From: Actinomycetota bacterium | GTDB lineage: Bacteria; Actinomycetota; Thermoleophilia; Solirubrobacterales; JACPNS01 | NCBI GenBank assembly: GCA_016219715.1 | Contig: JACRKX010000035.1 | Span: 1 to 54,785, forward strand | DNA length: 54,785 nucleotides | Direction: 5' to 3' | Shown: piece by piece, positions 38,664 to 47,143 of the stretch | How positions within the stretch are numbered: the stretch's first letter is position 1 | Layout of the letters: each line of letters starts with the position of its first letter | Made by a program: the position numbers and the translations under genes | The notes under the pieces: model-generated | What the model was told of the DNA's origin: nothing | What the model saw: only the letters and a program-made list of their open reading frames with translations | Databases searched by the model: none

Positions 38664-41600
38664 CTAGAGGTCCTTGTATTCCTTGAGTTGCTCTTCGCGG
38701 AAGATGACCTTGCCGTCGCTGCCGAGGGGCATCTTGCGGATGGCGATCGCCATGTCACGTTCCGCGGGGCTCGTGCCCCAGTAGTTCAGGCCGTAGCTGA
38801 ATTGCGCGTAACCACCGGGCATGAACGACGGGTTCATCTGGATCCGCGTCGGCGCGTTGTTGTTGCCACCGCGCAGGTCGCTGAGCTTGCGATCACGCGC
38901 CAGGCGGCTGAACGGCACGTTGAGGTTGCGCTCAGACATGTGGTACATCACGGCCGTGCCACGCGAGACCTGCTGGCTGACGGCGGCGCGCGCCACGACG
39001 ATGCCGGTCTCGCTGTAGGCCTCGAGCCACTCGTTGTCCTTGATGCCGACTTCCTCGGCGTCCTTCGGGTTGAGCCAGACGACCTGTCCGCCGCGGAACA
39101 TCCGCTGCATCCAGAGGTTGTCCCAGAAGTTCGAGTGGATCGACCACTTGCCGTGCGGCGTGAGGAAGCGGAAGATCTTCGAGTCCTTCTCGATCTTGCT
39201 CGGGTCGAGCACGCCGGTCATCGTGGTGTCGATCGGCGGCTTGTAGACGGGGAAGGCCTCGCCCAGGTCCTGGTAGACCTGGTGGTCGTGGTACAGGTCG
39301 ATGCGGCCCGAGAGCGTGCGCCACGGCACGAGATGCTCGACGTTGACCGTCCAGGGCGAGTAGGTCCTTCCGGGGGGTTCCAGTCCAGACCAGTGCGGTG
39401 AGGTCAGCACGCGGCGCGGCGCTGAGATCAGATCGTCGTACTTGAAGGAGTGATCGCGCTCGCCCTCGACGATCTGGGCAAGCTCGAGACCGGTGCGCTC
39501 CTCGAGCGCCTTCCAGGCCTTGTGCGCGGACTCGCCGTTGGTTTCGGGCGATAGCTTGAGGATCACCTCGGCGACCTGCACGTCCTTCTCGAGCGAAGGC
39601 AATCCGTTGTCGGTGACGCCGATCCGGTGGTCGGTCTTCATCTCCTCGTAGAAGTCGCTGATGTCGTAGTTGATGCCCTTCACGCCGTAGTTCTTGTTGG
39701 CGTTCGGCCCGAGCGACGTGTACATCTCGAAGACGCGCTTGTAGTCGCGCTCGACGACCTGGATCTTCGGCATCGTCTTGCCGGGGATCATCTCGACCTC
39801 GCCGTACTTCCAGTCCTTGATCGAACCCCAAGGCTGCGCGTACTCGTCTGGCGTGTCTGTCGCCAGCGGCGTCAGCACCAGGTCGCGGACCGGCTCGGGG
39901 AAGTGCTTCTCGGCGAGCCAGCTGAACTTCTCGGCGATCAGCTTGAAGGCGTCCCAGTCGCTCTTTGTCTCCCACGCCGGGTCGTGCGCGGCGGAAAACG
40001 GGTGGATGAAGGTGTGCAGGTCGGTGACGGTGATGTCGGACTTCTCGTACCAGTGAGCGGCCGGCAGCAGAATGTCGCTGTAGTTACTGGTGGACACCAT
40101 GCGCAGCTCGACGTTGATCAGCAGGTCGAGCTTGCCCTCGGGCACCTTCTCTCCGTCGCGCCACTCGATCTCCTTGACCATGCCTTCGGCGGCGTCGGGC
40201 TCGGCCGTCGCGTTGTGGTGCGTGCCCAGCAGGTGGCGCAGCGCCAGCATGTGGCCGCGCATCGAGGTGCCGATCAGGTTGCCACGCCAGACCATCAGCG
40301 CGCGCGGGAAGTTGGCGGAGTCGTCGGGATCTTCGACCGCGAAGCGCAGCTCGCCGGTCTTGAGCTTCTCGACAACGTACTGCTCGATCTGCTCGTCGGT
40401 CGTGGCGCCGGTGGCCTCGGCGTCCTTGATGATCTCGATCGGGTTCTTGTTGAGCGCCGGCTGGAACGGCAGCCAGCCGTTGCGTACGGCGACGGCGTTC
40501 ATGTCGGCCGAGTGGTTGTACTTGGGCATCTCCGAAGCCCAGGGCACCATGATCGGGTCTAGCTGCATTCCGTCGTAGCGCCACTGGTCGGTGTGGAAGT
40601 ACCAGTAGGAGGTGCTGTTCATCACTCGCGCCGGCTGGTGCCAGTCGCGCGCGATGCCGATCGTGCCGACGACCGCCGCGACGTTGCGGATCTTCTCGGT
40701 GCCGACGTAGTGGCACCAGCCACCGCCGTTGACACCGTGACATCCCGTCAGCGCACCGAGCAGCACGCCGAAACGCTGGTAGAGATCGCTGTGGTACCAG
40801 TGGGTCGCGCCCGGGCCGGCAATGATCAGCGACTTGCCCTTCGTCTTCTCTGCGTTCTCGGCCCACTCGCGGGCGATACGGATCGTGACCTCGCGGCTGA
40901 TGCCGGTCTCCTGCTCCTGCCAGGCCGGCGTGTAGGTCTGCGAGGCGTCGTCGTAGTCGACCGGGTACTCGCCGCCCAGTCCGCGCACGACGCCCATGTG
41001 TGCGCAGAGGAGGTCGAAGCCGGTGGTCACGAGGACTTCCTCGCCCGATGCGGTAACAAGCTTCTTCACCGGCACCTCGCGCATCGTCTGCCCGACAACA
41101 GCGTCGGGGTCGCTCTCGCCAACATCTACGCTGAAAGTGCCGGTGAAGTCAGGAAATGCCGTCAGCGCGCGCTGGTCTTCCATGCCGAGCAGAGACAGCG
41201 CCGGGTCGAATTCCTCGCCGGTCTGGGAGTCTTTCTGCTCAAGGTTCCACTTGCCGCTGTGCTGCTCTTCCCAGCGGAAGCCAAGCGTGCCGTTTGGCAG
41301 GCGGGTGCGGCCGGACTCGTCCATCTCGACGAGCTTCCACTCGGCATTCTCGACCTCGTTGTGAGCCGTCAGATCGGCGGCGCGCACGAGGCGGCCGGGC
41401 ACGTAGTGGTCGCCCTTCTTCTCGAGCTTCAACAGGAACGGCAGGCTGGTGTACTTCTTGACGTACTCCTGGAAGTACGGCACCTGCCGGTCGACGAAGA
41501 ACTCCTTCAGCACGACGTGGTTCATCGCCGCGAGGATCGCGGCATCGGTGCCGGCCTTCAGCTGTACCCAGGTGTCGGCGAGCTTGGTGACGTCGCTGTA

Positions 41601-42419
41601 GTTCGGGCTGAAGACGACCATCTTGCCGCCCTTGTACTTGAACTCCGAAGCGAAGTGGGCGTCTGGCGTACGGGTCATCGGCAGGTTGGTGCCCATGTTG
41701 ATCCAGTAGGTGCTCTGGTACCAGTCGGCACTCTCGTGCACGTCGGTCTGCTCGCCGAAGTTCTTCGGCTGGCAGTGCGGGTTGTCGTGGTACCACTCGT
41801 AGAAGCTGTTGATGCTCGCGCCCAGCAGGCTGGTCAGACGCATGCCGGCACACCAGCTGACCATGCTCATCGCCGGAATCGGGCTGAAGCCGGCGATGCG
41901 GTCGGGGCCCCACTGCTTGATGGTGTGGATCAGACCGGCCGAGGCGAGCTCTGTCGCCTCGTCCCAGCTGACCCGGCGCCAGCCTGCCTTGCCGCGCTCG
42001 GCCTTGTAGGCGGCGGCGCGCACGGGGTCGTTGACGATCGCGCCGAAGGCGTCTACGGGATCGAGCCCCTTGCGACGCTCCTCGCGGTAGTAGTCGAGCA
42101 GCGCGCCGCGCACGTACGGGTACTTCGGGCGGACCGGGCTGTAGACGTACCAGGAAGTAGAGATGCCGCGCTGGCAGCCGCGCGGCTCGTGATTGGGGGT
42201 CTCGCTGTTGATCTGGGGCCAGTCGGTCTTCTGCAACTCCCAGCAGATCACGCCGTCCTTGACGAAGACCTCCCAGCTGCAAGAACCCGAGCAGTTGACT
42301 CCGTGGCTGGTGCGCACGGTCTTGTCGTAGCTCCAGCGGTCGCGGTAGAAGTCTTCCCACTGACGCGACCTGTCGGTCACGTGAAACCAGCGCGACTTGC
42401 GAGTCTTGGACTGGGCCAT
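38664..42419 (-). CDS. narG: Nitrate reductase/nitrite oxidoreductase alpha (Mo-bisPGD) subunit, no Tat signal
   Basis: HGVNCSGSC FS0 motif, EPRGCQRG, FSPIPAMS, GEQTDVHESADW, TRTPDAHF and TPHGKWSIHS; start at ATG 42419 after GGGAGG. Confidence 0.93.
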   Translation of the reverse strand: MAQSKTRKSRWFHVTDRSRQWEDFYRDRWSYDKTVRTSHGVNCSGSCSWEVFVKDGVICWELQKTDWPQINSETPNHEPRGCQRGISTSWYVYSPVRPKYPYVRGALLDYYREERRKGLDPVDAFGAIVNDPVRAAAYKAERGKAGWRRVSWDEATELASAGLIHTIKQWGPDRIAGFSPIPAMSMVSWCAGMRLTSLLGASINSFYEWYHDNPHCQPKNFGEQTDVHESADWYQSTYWINMGTNLPMTRTPDAHFASEFKYKGGKMVVFSPNYSDVTKLADTWVQLKAGTDAAILAAMNHVVLKEFFVDRQVPYFQEYVKKYTSLPFLLKLEKKGDHYVPGRLVRAADLTAHNEVENAEWKLVEMDESGRTRLPNGTLGFRWEEQHSGKWNLEQKDSQTGEEFDPALSLLGMEDQRALTAFPDFTGTFSVDVGESDPDAVVGQTMREVPVKKLVTASGEEVLVTTGFDLLCAHMGVVRGLGGEYPVDYDDASQTYTPAWQEQETGISREVTIRIAREWAENAEKTKGKSLIIAGPGATHWYHSDLYQRFGVLLGALTGCHGVNGGGWCHYVGTEKIRNVAAVVGTIGIARDWHQPARVMNSTSYWYFHTDQWRYDGMQLDPIMVPWASEMPKYNHSADMNAVAVRNGWLPFQPALNKNPIEIIKDAEATGATTDEQIEQYVVEKLKTGELRFAVEDPDDSANFPRALMVWRGNLIGTSMRGHMLALRHLLGTHHNATAEPDAAEGMVKEIEWRDGEKVPEGKLDLLINVELRMVSTSNYSDILLPAAHWYEKSDITVTDLHTFIHPFSAAHDPAWETKSDWDAFKLIAEKFSWLAEKHFPEPVRDLVLTPLATDTPDEYAQPWGSIKDWKYGEVEMIPGKTMPKIQVVERDYKRVFEMYTSLGPNANKNYGVKGINYDISDFYEEMKTDHRIGVTDNGLPSLEKDVQVAEVILKLSPETNGESAHKAWKALEERTGLELAQIVEGERDHSFKYDDLISAPRRVLTSPHWSGLEPPGRTYSPWTVNVEHLVPWRTLSGRIDLYHDHQVYQDLGEAFPVYKPPIDTTMTGVLDPSKIEKDSKIFRFLTPHGKWSIHSNFWDNLWMQRMFRGGQVVWLNPKDAEEVGIKDNEWLEAYSETGIVVARAAVSQQVSRGTAVMYHMSERNLNVPFSRLARDRKLSDLRGGNNNAPTRIQMNPSFMPGGYAQFSYGLNYWGTSPAERDMAIAIRKMPLGSDGKVIFREEQLKEYKDL

Positions 42420-42900
42420 TTTTTGCGTTCCTCCCAATTTTCCGCGGTGGTTTGCGGGTGGTCAGGAGCCGGTGCGCAGATCCGGCCCGATGCGGCGCAG
42501 GTATAGGCCGCAAAAGCACTTCGGTCAGTCGTGATCCCCGTCGTAACGGAGACGACGTGGCCAACGTACATGATTTCCCAATCGTTGTGTGTAAATCCGC
42601 CGCAAGTTTTTCCCAATTGGGGTAGGGAAACTCGGATTTGCACTTTGAAAATGCAAGTCTGCGGTTTTCTACTGGTCGTGTTGCGGGTTTCCGCGGGGGC
42701 TGGCTTCCCGGCAAGCGGGTCCCGGCAACGCCATCGTCACACCCCTGCTTGCGATCCGGCCCCGGCCGCCGAGACCGCCCGGATCGGCAGTTTTCTGTAG
42801 TTTGCAAAGGGTTGCGCGAGAAGTGCTCGCAAACTTCACCCAAAAAGAAACGTGATCCACATCGTGGAACGCGGAGCGCGACCAGAAAGGGATCAAGCAC

Positions 42901-43410
42901 GTGGACCTATCGAATCGAGAGTTTTGGGCAGTCGCCCACGGAATGATCTTCGGCGCAGCGTTCTTGCTCGCCTTCGCCGGTGGATTTGCCGGCTTCTGGA
43001 GCCTCAGGCCGGAGCTGGTGACTCCCGCGGGAGTCACAGAGCGCGTCAAGAGGATGGTTCTCGGCACCGTATCGATGGCGGCCATCGCCTGGGCGACGGT
43101 GATAACAGGGACCTGGATCGTGTATCCGTGGTACCGCGAGAAGGTGCCAACGAGCGCGCGGTCGGAGCTGCTGGCCGATCCGAACACGGCGGACTGGCAC
43201 GAATTCGGGATGGAGTGGAAGGAGCACGCGGCCTGGATCGTGCCGATGCTCGCCACCGCGGCGGCGTTCGTCGTCCTGTACTACCGCGAAGACCTAGTTC
43301 GCAACAAACAGGCCAGACGTCTCGGTCTGACGCTGCTGACGGCATCCTTCGCGATCGCCGCAGTGGTGGGATTGCTGGGCGCCCTGATCACCAAGAACGC
43401 ATCGGTCTGA
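42901..43410 (+). CDS. Uncharacterised 4-TM membrane protein with three His
   Basis: Hydrophobic helices; AHGM and WHEFGMEWKEH; host-like codon usage. Confidence 0.75.
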   Translation: MDLSNREFWAVAHGMIFGAAFLLAFAGGFAGFWSLRPELVTPAGVTERVKRMVLGTVSMAAIAWATVITGTWIVYPWYREKVPTSARSELLADPNTADWHEFGMEWKEHAAWIVPMLATAAAFVVLYYREDLVRNKQARRLGLTLLTASFAIAAVVGLLGALITKNASV

Positions 43411-43420
43411 GGAGGTCGAG

Positions 43421-43801
43421 ATGACAAACGAACAAGAGCTCTCAACCGCCGGCGACTCCCCGGCAATCGCGGCCGTGCCCGGCAACAGGGTCAATGGCCC
43501 CGCGGTCGCCGCAACACTGGCCGCCGGCATCGGCTCCCTGGCGCTCGGCATCTTCGTGGTCCTCGCGGAGGCCAGCACATCGATGCACGATTTCCTCGAG
43601 TTCAGCAAGGACGTCGGACCGCTGGCAGGCAAGACGATCCTCGCCGTCATTGTGTACCTGGTTTCCTGGGGCATCCTTCACGTCATGCTGAAAGCTCGCG
43701 ACGTTGCTTGGAAACCGGCGATGTGGGCCACCGGCGTGATGGTGGCGCTGGGGTTGCTCTTCACGTTTCCGCCGTTCTTCCAGATGTTCACCGTCGAATA
43801 G
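43421..43801 (+). CDS. Uncharacterised 3-TM membrane protein
   Basis: GAGGAGG RBS; NGPAVAATLAAGIG, VGPLAGKT and TFPPFF; 10 bp after the previous gene. Confidence 0.75.
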   Translation: MTNEQELSTAGDSPAIAAVPGNRVNGPAVAATLAAGIGSLALGIFVVLAEASTSMHDFLEFSKDVGPLAGKTILAVIVYLVSWGILHVMLKARDVAWKPAMWATGVMVALGLLFTFPPFFQMFTVE

Positions 43802-43861
43802 CGCGCGCCACCGCAAGGCGGTCGCACGGCGTGGCCGGCGTCAGGTAGTGTCGCTCTCCTG

Positions 43862-45046
43862 ATGCCGGCCACCACAAAAGACCGCAGCTACGACATCGTG
43901 CTGTTCGGGGCCACCGGGTTTACCGGCGGGCTGACGGCCGAGTATCTCGCGTCAAACGCCCCGCGCGAATTGCGCTGGGCACTGGCCGGCCGCAACCTCG
44001 CGAAGCTCGAAGCCGTTCGCGAGCGCCTGGCGTCGATCGACCCCGCATGTGCCGAGTTGCCTCTGCTGATCGCCGACTCCACCGACGAGGCATCGCTGCC
44101 CGAGCTGGCCGAGTCCACCCGGGTGCTCGTGTCGACGGTCGGTCCGTACGCGCTCTACGGCGAACCTCTGGTCGCCGCCTGCGCGAAGGCCGGCACCGAC
44201 TACGCCGACCTCACCGGCGAGCCGGAGTTCGTCGACAAGATGTGGCTGAAGTACGACGCGACGGCCCGCGCCAGCGGAGCCCGGTTAGTGCACTGCTGCG
44301 GCTTCGATTCGATTCCACACGATCTCGGCGCGTATTTCACTGTGTTGCAGCTCCCCGAAGGAGAGCCGGTCACGGTCGAGGGCTACGTGCGCGCCGGCGG
44401 TGAGTTCTCCGGCGGCACGTTCGCCTCCGCGATCACCGGCTTCTCGCGCGCACGCCAGACGCTCAGCGCCGGACGCGAGCGACGTGGCAAGGAAACCCGC
44501 CCAGCCGGGCGCAAGGTTCACGGTCAGACACGCCCGCCCCACCGCGACCAGGAGCAGGGCGGCTGGGTCGTGCCGCTGCCGACGATCGACCCGTTCGTCG
44601 TGCGCCGCTCGGCCGCTGCGCTCGACCGCTACGGACCCGACTTCACCTACGGGCACTACCTGGTCATCAAGCGTCTGGCCTCGCTCGCCGGGCTCGGAGT
44701 GGCGATTCCGACCACGATGCTGGCCGCGCAACTGCCGCCGGCGCGCAAGGCGCTGATGAAGCTCGCGCCTTCGCCGGGCGAGGGACCTTCAGAAGAGAAG
44801 CGCTCGAAGTCGTGGTTTTGCGTGCGCTTCGTTGGCAGCGCGAACGGCGCCCGCGTGGTCACAGAGGTGTCGGGCGGCGATCCCGGCTACACCGAGACCG
44901 CGAAGATGCTCGCGGAGTCAGCGATGGCGCTGGCGCTCGACGACATCCCGAGCCGCTCAGGCCAGCTAACGCCGGTTGCAGCGATTGGCGACGCACTACT
45001 CGAACGACTGCCGAAGGCCGGCATGACGATTCGCGTCGTCGACTGA
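43862..45046 (+). CDS. Saccharopine dehydrogenase-like / trans-acting enoyl reductase
   Basis: GATGFTG, ALAGRN, TVGPY, DLTGE, CGFDSIP and DPGY.ET motifs. Confidence 0.9.
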   Translation: MPATTKDRSYDIVLFGATGFTGGLTAEYLASNAPRELRWALAGRNLAKLEAVRERLASIDPACAELPLLIADSTDEASLPELAESTRVLVSTVGPYALYGEPLVAACAKAGTDYADLTGEPEFVDKMWLKYDATARASGARLVHCCGFDSIPHDLGAYFTVLQLPEGEPVTVEGYVRAGGEFSGGTFASAITGFSRARQTLSAGRERRGKETRPAGRKVHGQTRPPHRDQEQGGWVVPLPTIDPFVVRRSAAALDRYGPDFTYGHYLVIKRLASLAGLGVAIPTTMLAAQLPPARKALMKLAPSPGEGPSEEKRSKSWFCVRFVGSANGARVVTEVSGGDPGYTETAKMLAESAMALALDDIPSRSGQLTPVAAIGDALLERLPKAGMTIRVVD

Positions 45047-45056
45047 ACTTCGCGAA

Positions 45057-47009
45057 CTAGCGCTTGATCCTGAACTTAACGGTCTTCGCGCCGCTGGCCG
45101 ACGATCCGTTTCGAGCTACGGCGGACAGTCGATACCGGCCGGGCTTCAGCGGCTTCGACTCGAGCCGCCCGGTGAACCGGAACGAGTTCGCGCCGGCCAC
45201 ATCGGTGCGCTTGAACGACCCAATCGACTTGTAGCGCGTGCACGACTTCAGCTTCCTGCCGGTCGACCTGCGCGGCTTGGCTACGCACTTGCCGTTCTTC
45301 CTGACCCCGGCAAGCGGGCGCTGAACAGTGAACGTCGTCTGCGCCGCGAGCGTGTCGGTGTAGCTGACGACGGCTCCGGAGGCCGCGATGCTTGCCCCTT
45401 TTCGCGCCGCCTTGAAGACCGAGGGACGAACCTTCAGCGATCCGATCACGGGCGTTCCCGTGATCGTGACCGACATCGCCTGAGTCGATGAGTTGCCGGC
45501 ATCGTCTGTGGCTGTGACGGTCACCGCGAAGGTACCGCCGGACGCATAGGTGTGCGTTCCGCTGCCGGTGCCCGTCTGCCCGTCGCCGAAATCCCAGGTG
45601 ATCGTCGGCGACGAATCCCAGAAGTCCGTTGCGGTGGCCGCGTACGCAAGCGGGGTGCCACTGGCACCGGTGGCGGCGATCGTGACTCCGGCCAACGCCG
45701 GGGCGACCGGATCGAACTGGGCCACCTTGACGACCGACGGTGAAGTGGAGGTGTTGTAAACGAGAGCGCCATGCCCCTGGCTGGCCATGACTACCTCTGG
45801 CGTGTTGCCGGTCGCGACGTTCGGGAACGGAGCGAACGAGGTCGTGCCGCTCGCGCGAAAAGCCACGCTGATATCGGCGCCGTTATTCCATGTGACGAGA
45901 GCGTTGCCCTGTCCGTCGATCGCCACACGCGGGTTAGAGGATGCGCCGCTGCCCGGCGACGTCAAGTTGATCGGCGTGACGCTCCAAGCGCCATTCGTGC
46001 CAGTGCGCTGCGACGCCTGAATCAGCGTGTCGGCGCCGACCACCCGCTCCCATACGGCTACCGCATCGCCGCTTTCGTTGACCGCGATGCGCGGGTTCGA
46101 GATCGAGGGTGGCGCCGCATTGGCAACCACGGTGGCGGTCGTAATGGCGCCGTTACTGGCCGCGCGCGTCTTTACCTTGAGGCCATTGCTACCGGGAGGC
46201 CAGTCGCGGTAAAGGATCGACACGTTTCCGGAGCCGTCGATGCCGAGCGATCCCTGACCGGCGTCTGTGTTGTTCGAGGACAGCTGCAAGTTCGGCGCGG
46301 CGAACGGACCCGCCGCCGGCCGGTAGACGAGATCGCTGTACCAAGTTCCAACCGGAATTCGATCCCAGCCGGCAGCCGCGTCGCCATTGGCGTTGATTAC
46401 GGCGTGCATGCCTCCCTGCGGGGTGCCGGTTGCCCCCGGGGGGCTGGTCGCCGCTTCCCAAGCGCCGCCAGAAGGCTTGTAGGAGACCTGGTAGGTGTTT
46501 CCACGCACCCACACCGCGATCGCGTCGCCGTCGCCGTTCACCGCTCCGGCGATCGTCGAGACGTCGGCGCCGGCCGCCGAAAGATTGGTCGCGGCGCCCC
46601 AAGCGCCACCGGCCGGCTTCTCGGCCACCTGCGCGATGTAGTTCGCGCCGTTGCTGCGCACGAAGAAGGCGTAGGTGCGTCCGCTGTCATCGATGCCGAC
46701 CGAGCCGGTGGAAACGCTCACAGGCTGCCCGGTGCTCGAAGCGGTCAGCGTCGAGAAATCGCCACCGACAGGCTTGATCGCGGCACGCATCGTGGTCGGA
46801 CTCGACGCCGGCGCGGACCACATCGTGATCAGGTCTCCGGCCGAGTCGACGTCGACGCCGAGATTGCCCGTGGGCTCCTCTCCGCCCGGCGAAGCAGTCA
46901 GATGCGGCGACGCGAAGTTGACGCCGAACGCGATCGCCGTGGTGGCGAAAAGCGCCAGCAACGCAAGCGACACGGTCGCGAAAATGGCCCGATTAGAAAT
47001 GCCCCGCAC
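45057..47009 (-). CDS. Secreted repeat (beta-propeller-like) + PKD + basic C-terminal domain protein
   Basis: Signal peptide; repeated (N/D)xxG(D/N)A..(V/A)W units; PKD TWDFGDG..HTYASGG; start at GTG 47009. Confidence 0.8.
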   Translation of the reverse strand: MRGISNRAIFATVSLALLALFATTAIAFGVNFASPHLTASPGGEEPTGNLGVDVDSAGDLITMWSAPASSPTTMRAAIKPVGGDFSTLTASSTGQPVSVSTGSVGIDDSGRTYAFFVRSNGANYIAQVAEKPAGGAWGAATNLSAAGADVSTIAGAVNGDGDAIAVWVRGNTYQVSYKPSGGAWEAATSPPGATGTPQGGMHAVINANGDAAAGWDRIPVGTWYSDLVYRPAAGPFAAPNLQLSSNNTDAGQGSLGIDGSGNVSILYRDWPPGSNGLKVKTRAASNGAITTATVVANAAPPSISNPRIAVNESGDAVAVWERVVGADTLIQASQRTGTNGAWSVTPINLTSPGSGASSNPRVAIDGQGNALVTWNNGADISVAFRASGTTSFAPFPNVATGNTPEVVMASQGHGALVYNTSTSPSVVKVAQFDPVAPALAGVTIAATGASGTPLAYAATATDFWDSSPTITWDFGDGQTGTGSGTHTYASGGTFAVTVTATDDAGNSSTQAMSVTITGTPVIGSLKVRPSVFKAARKGASIAASGAVVSYTDTLAAQTTFTVQRPLAGVRKNGKCVAKPRRSTGRKLKSCTRYKSIGSFKRTDVAGANSFRFTGRLESKPLKPGRYRLSAVARNGSSASGAKTVKFRIKR

Positions 47010-47143
47010 GGCGCAACGGTACAGGATGCGGAAGCGTACGAACCGAAATTTGTGGCCGTTGGTGGACACAGCACCGATCGGTTGGCCAAGTGGCGCGAAT
47101 CGGGAACGACGCAACCACGACTTCCGCGACCGGGCTGGGGAAG

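Noticed and set aside
42380-42419. Tat signal on the alpha subunit (TRKSRWF)
   Set aside because: No twin-arginine consensus and no hydrophobic region follows, so it is treated as cytoplasm-facing.
37296-42900. Long antisense and alternative-frame ORFs over narGH (701, 637 and 553 aa); similar ones overlie lepA, comEC and phoH
   Set aside because: Typical shadow ORFs of high-GC coding DNA, with no motifs and complete overlap of well-supported genes.
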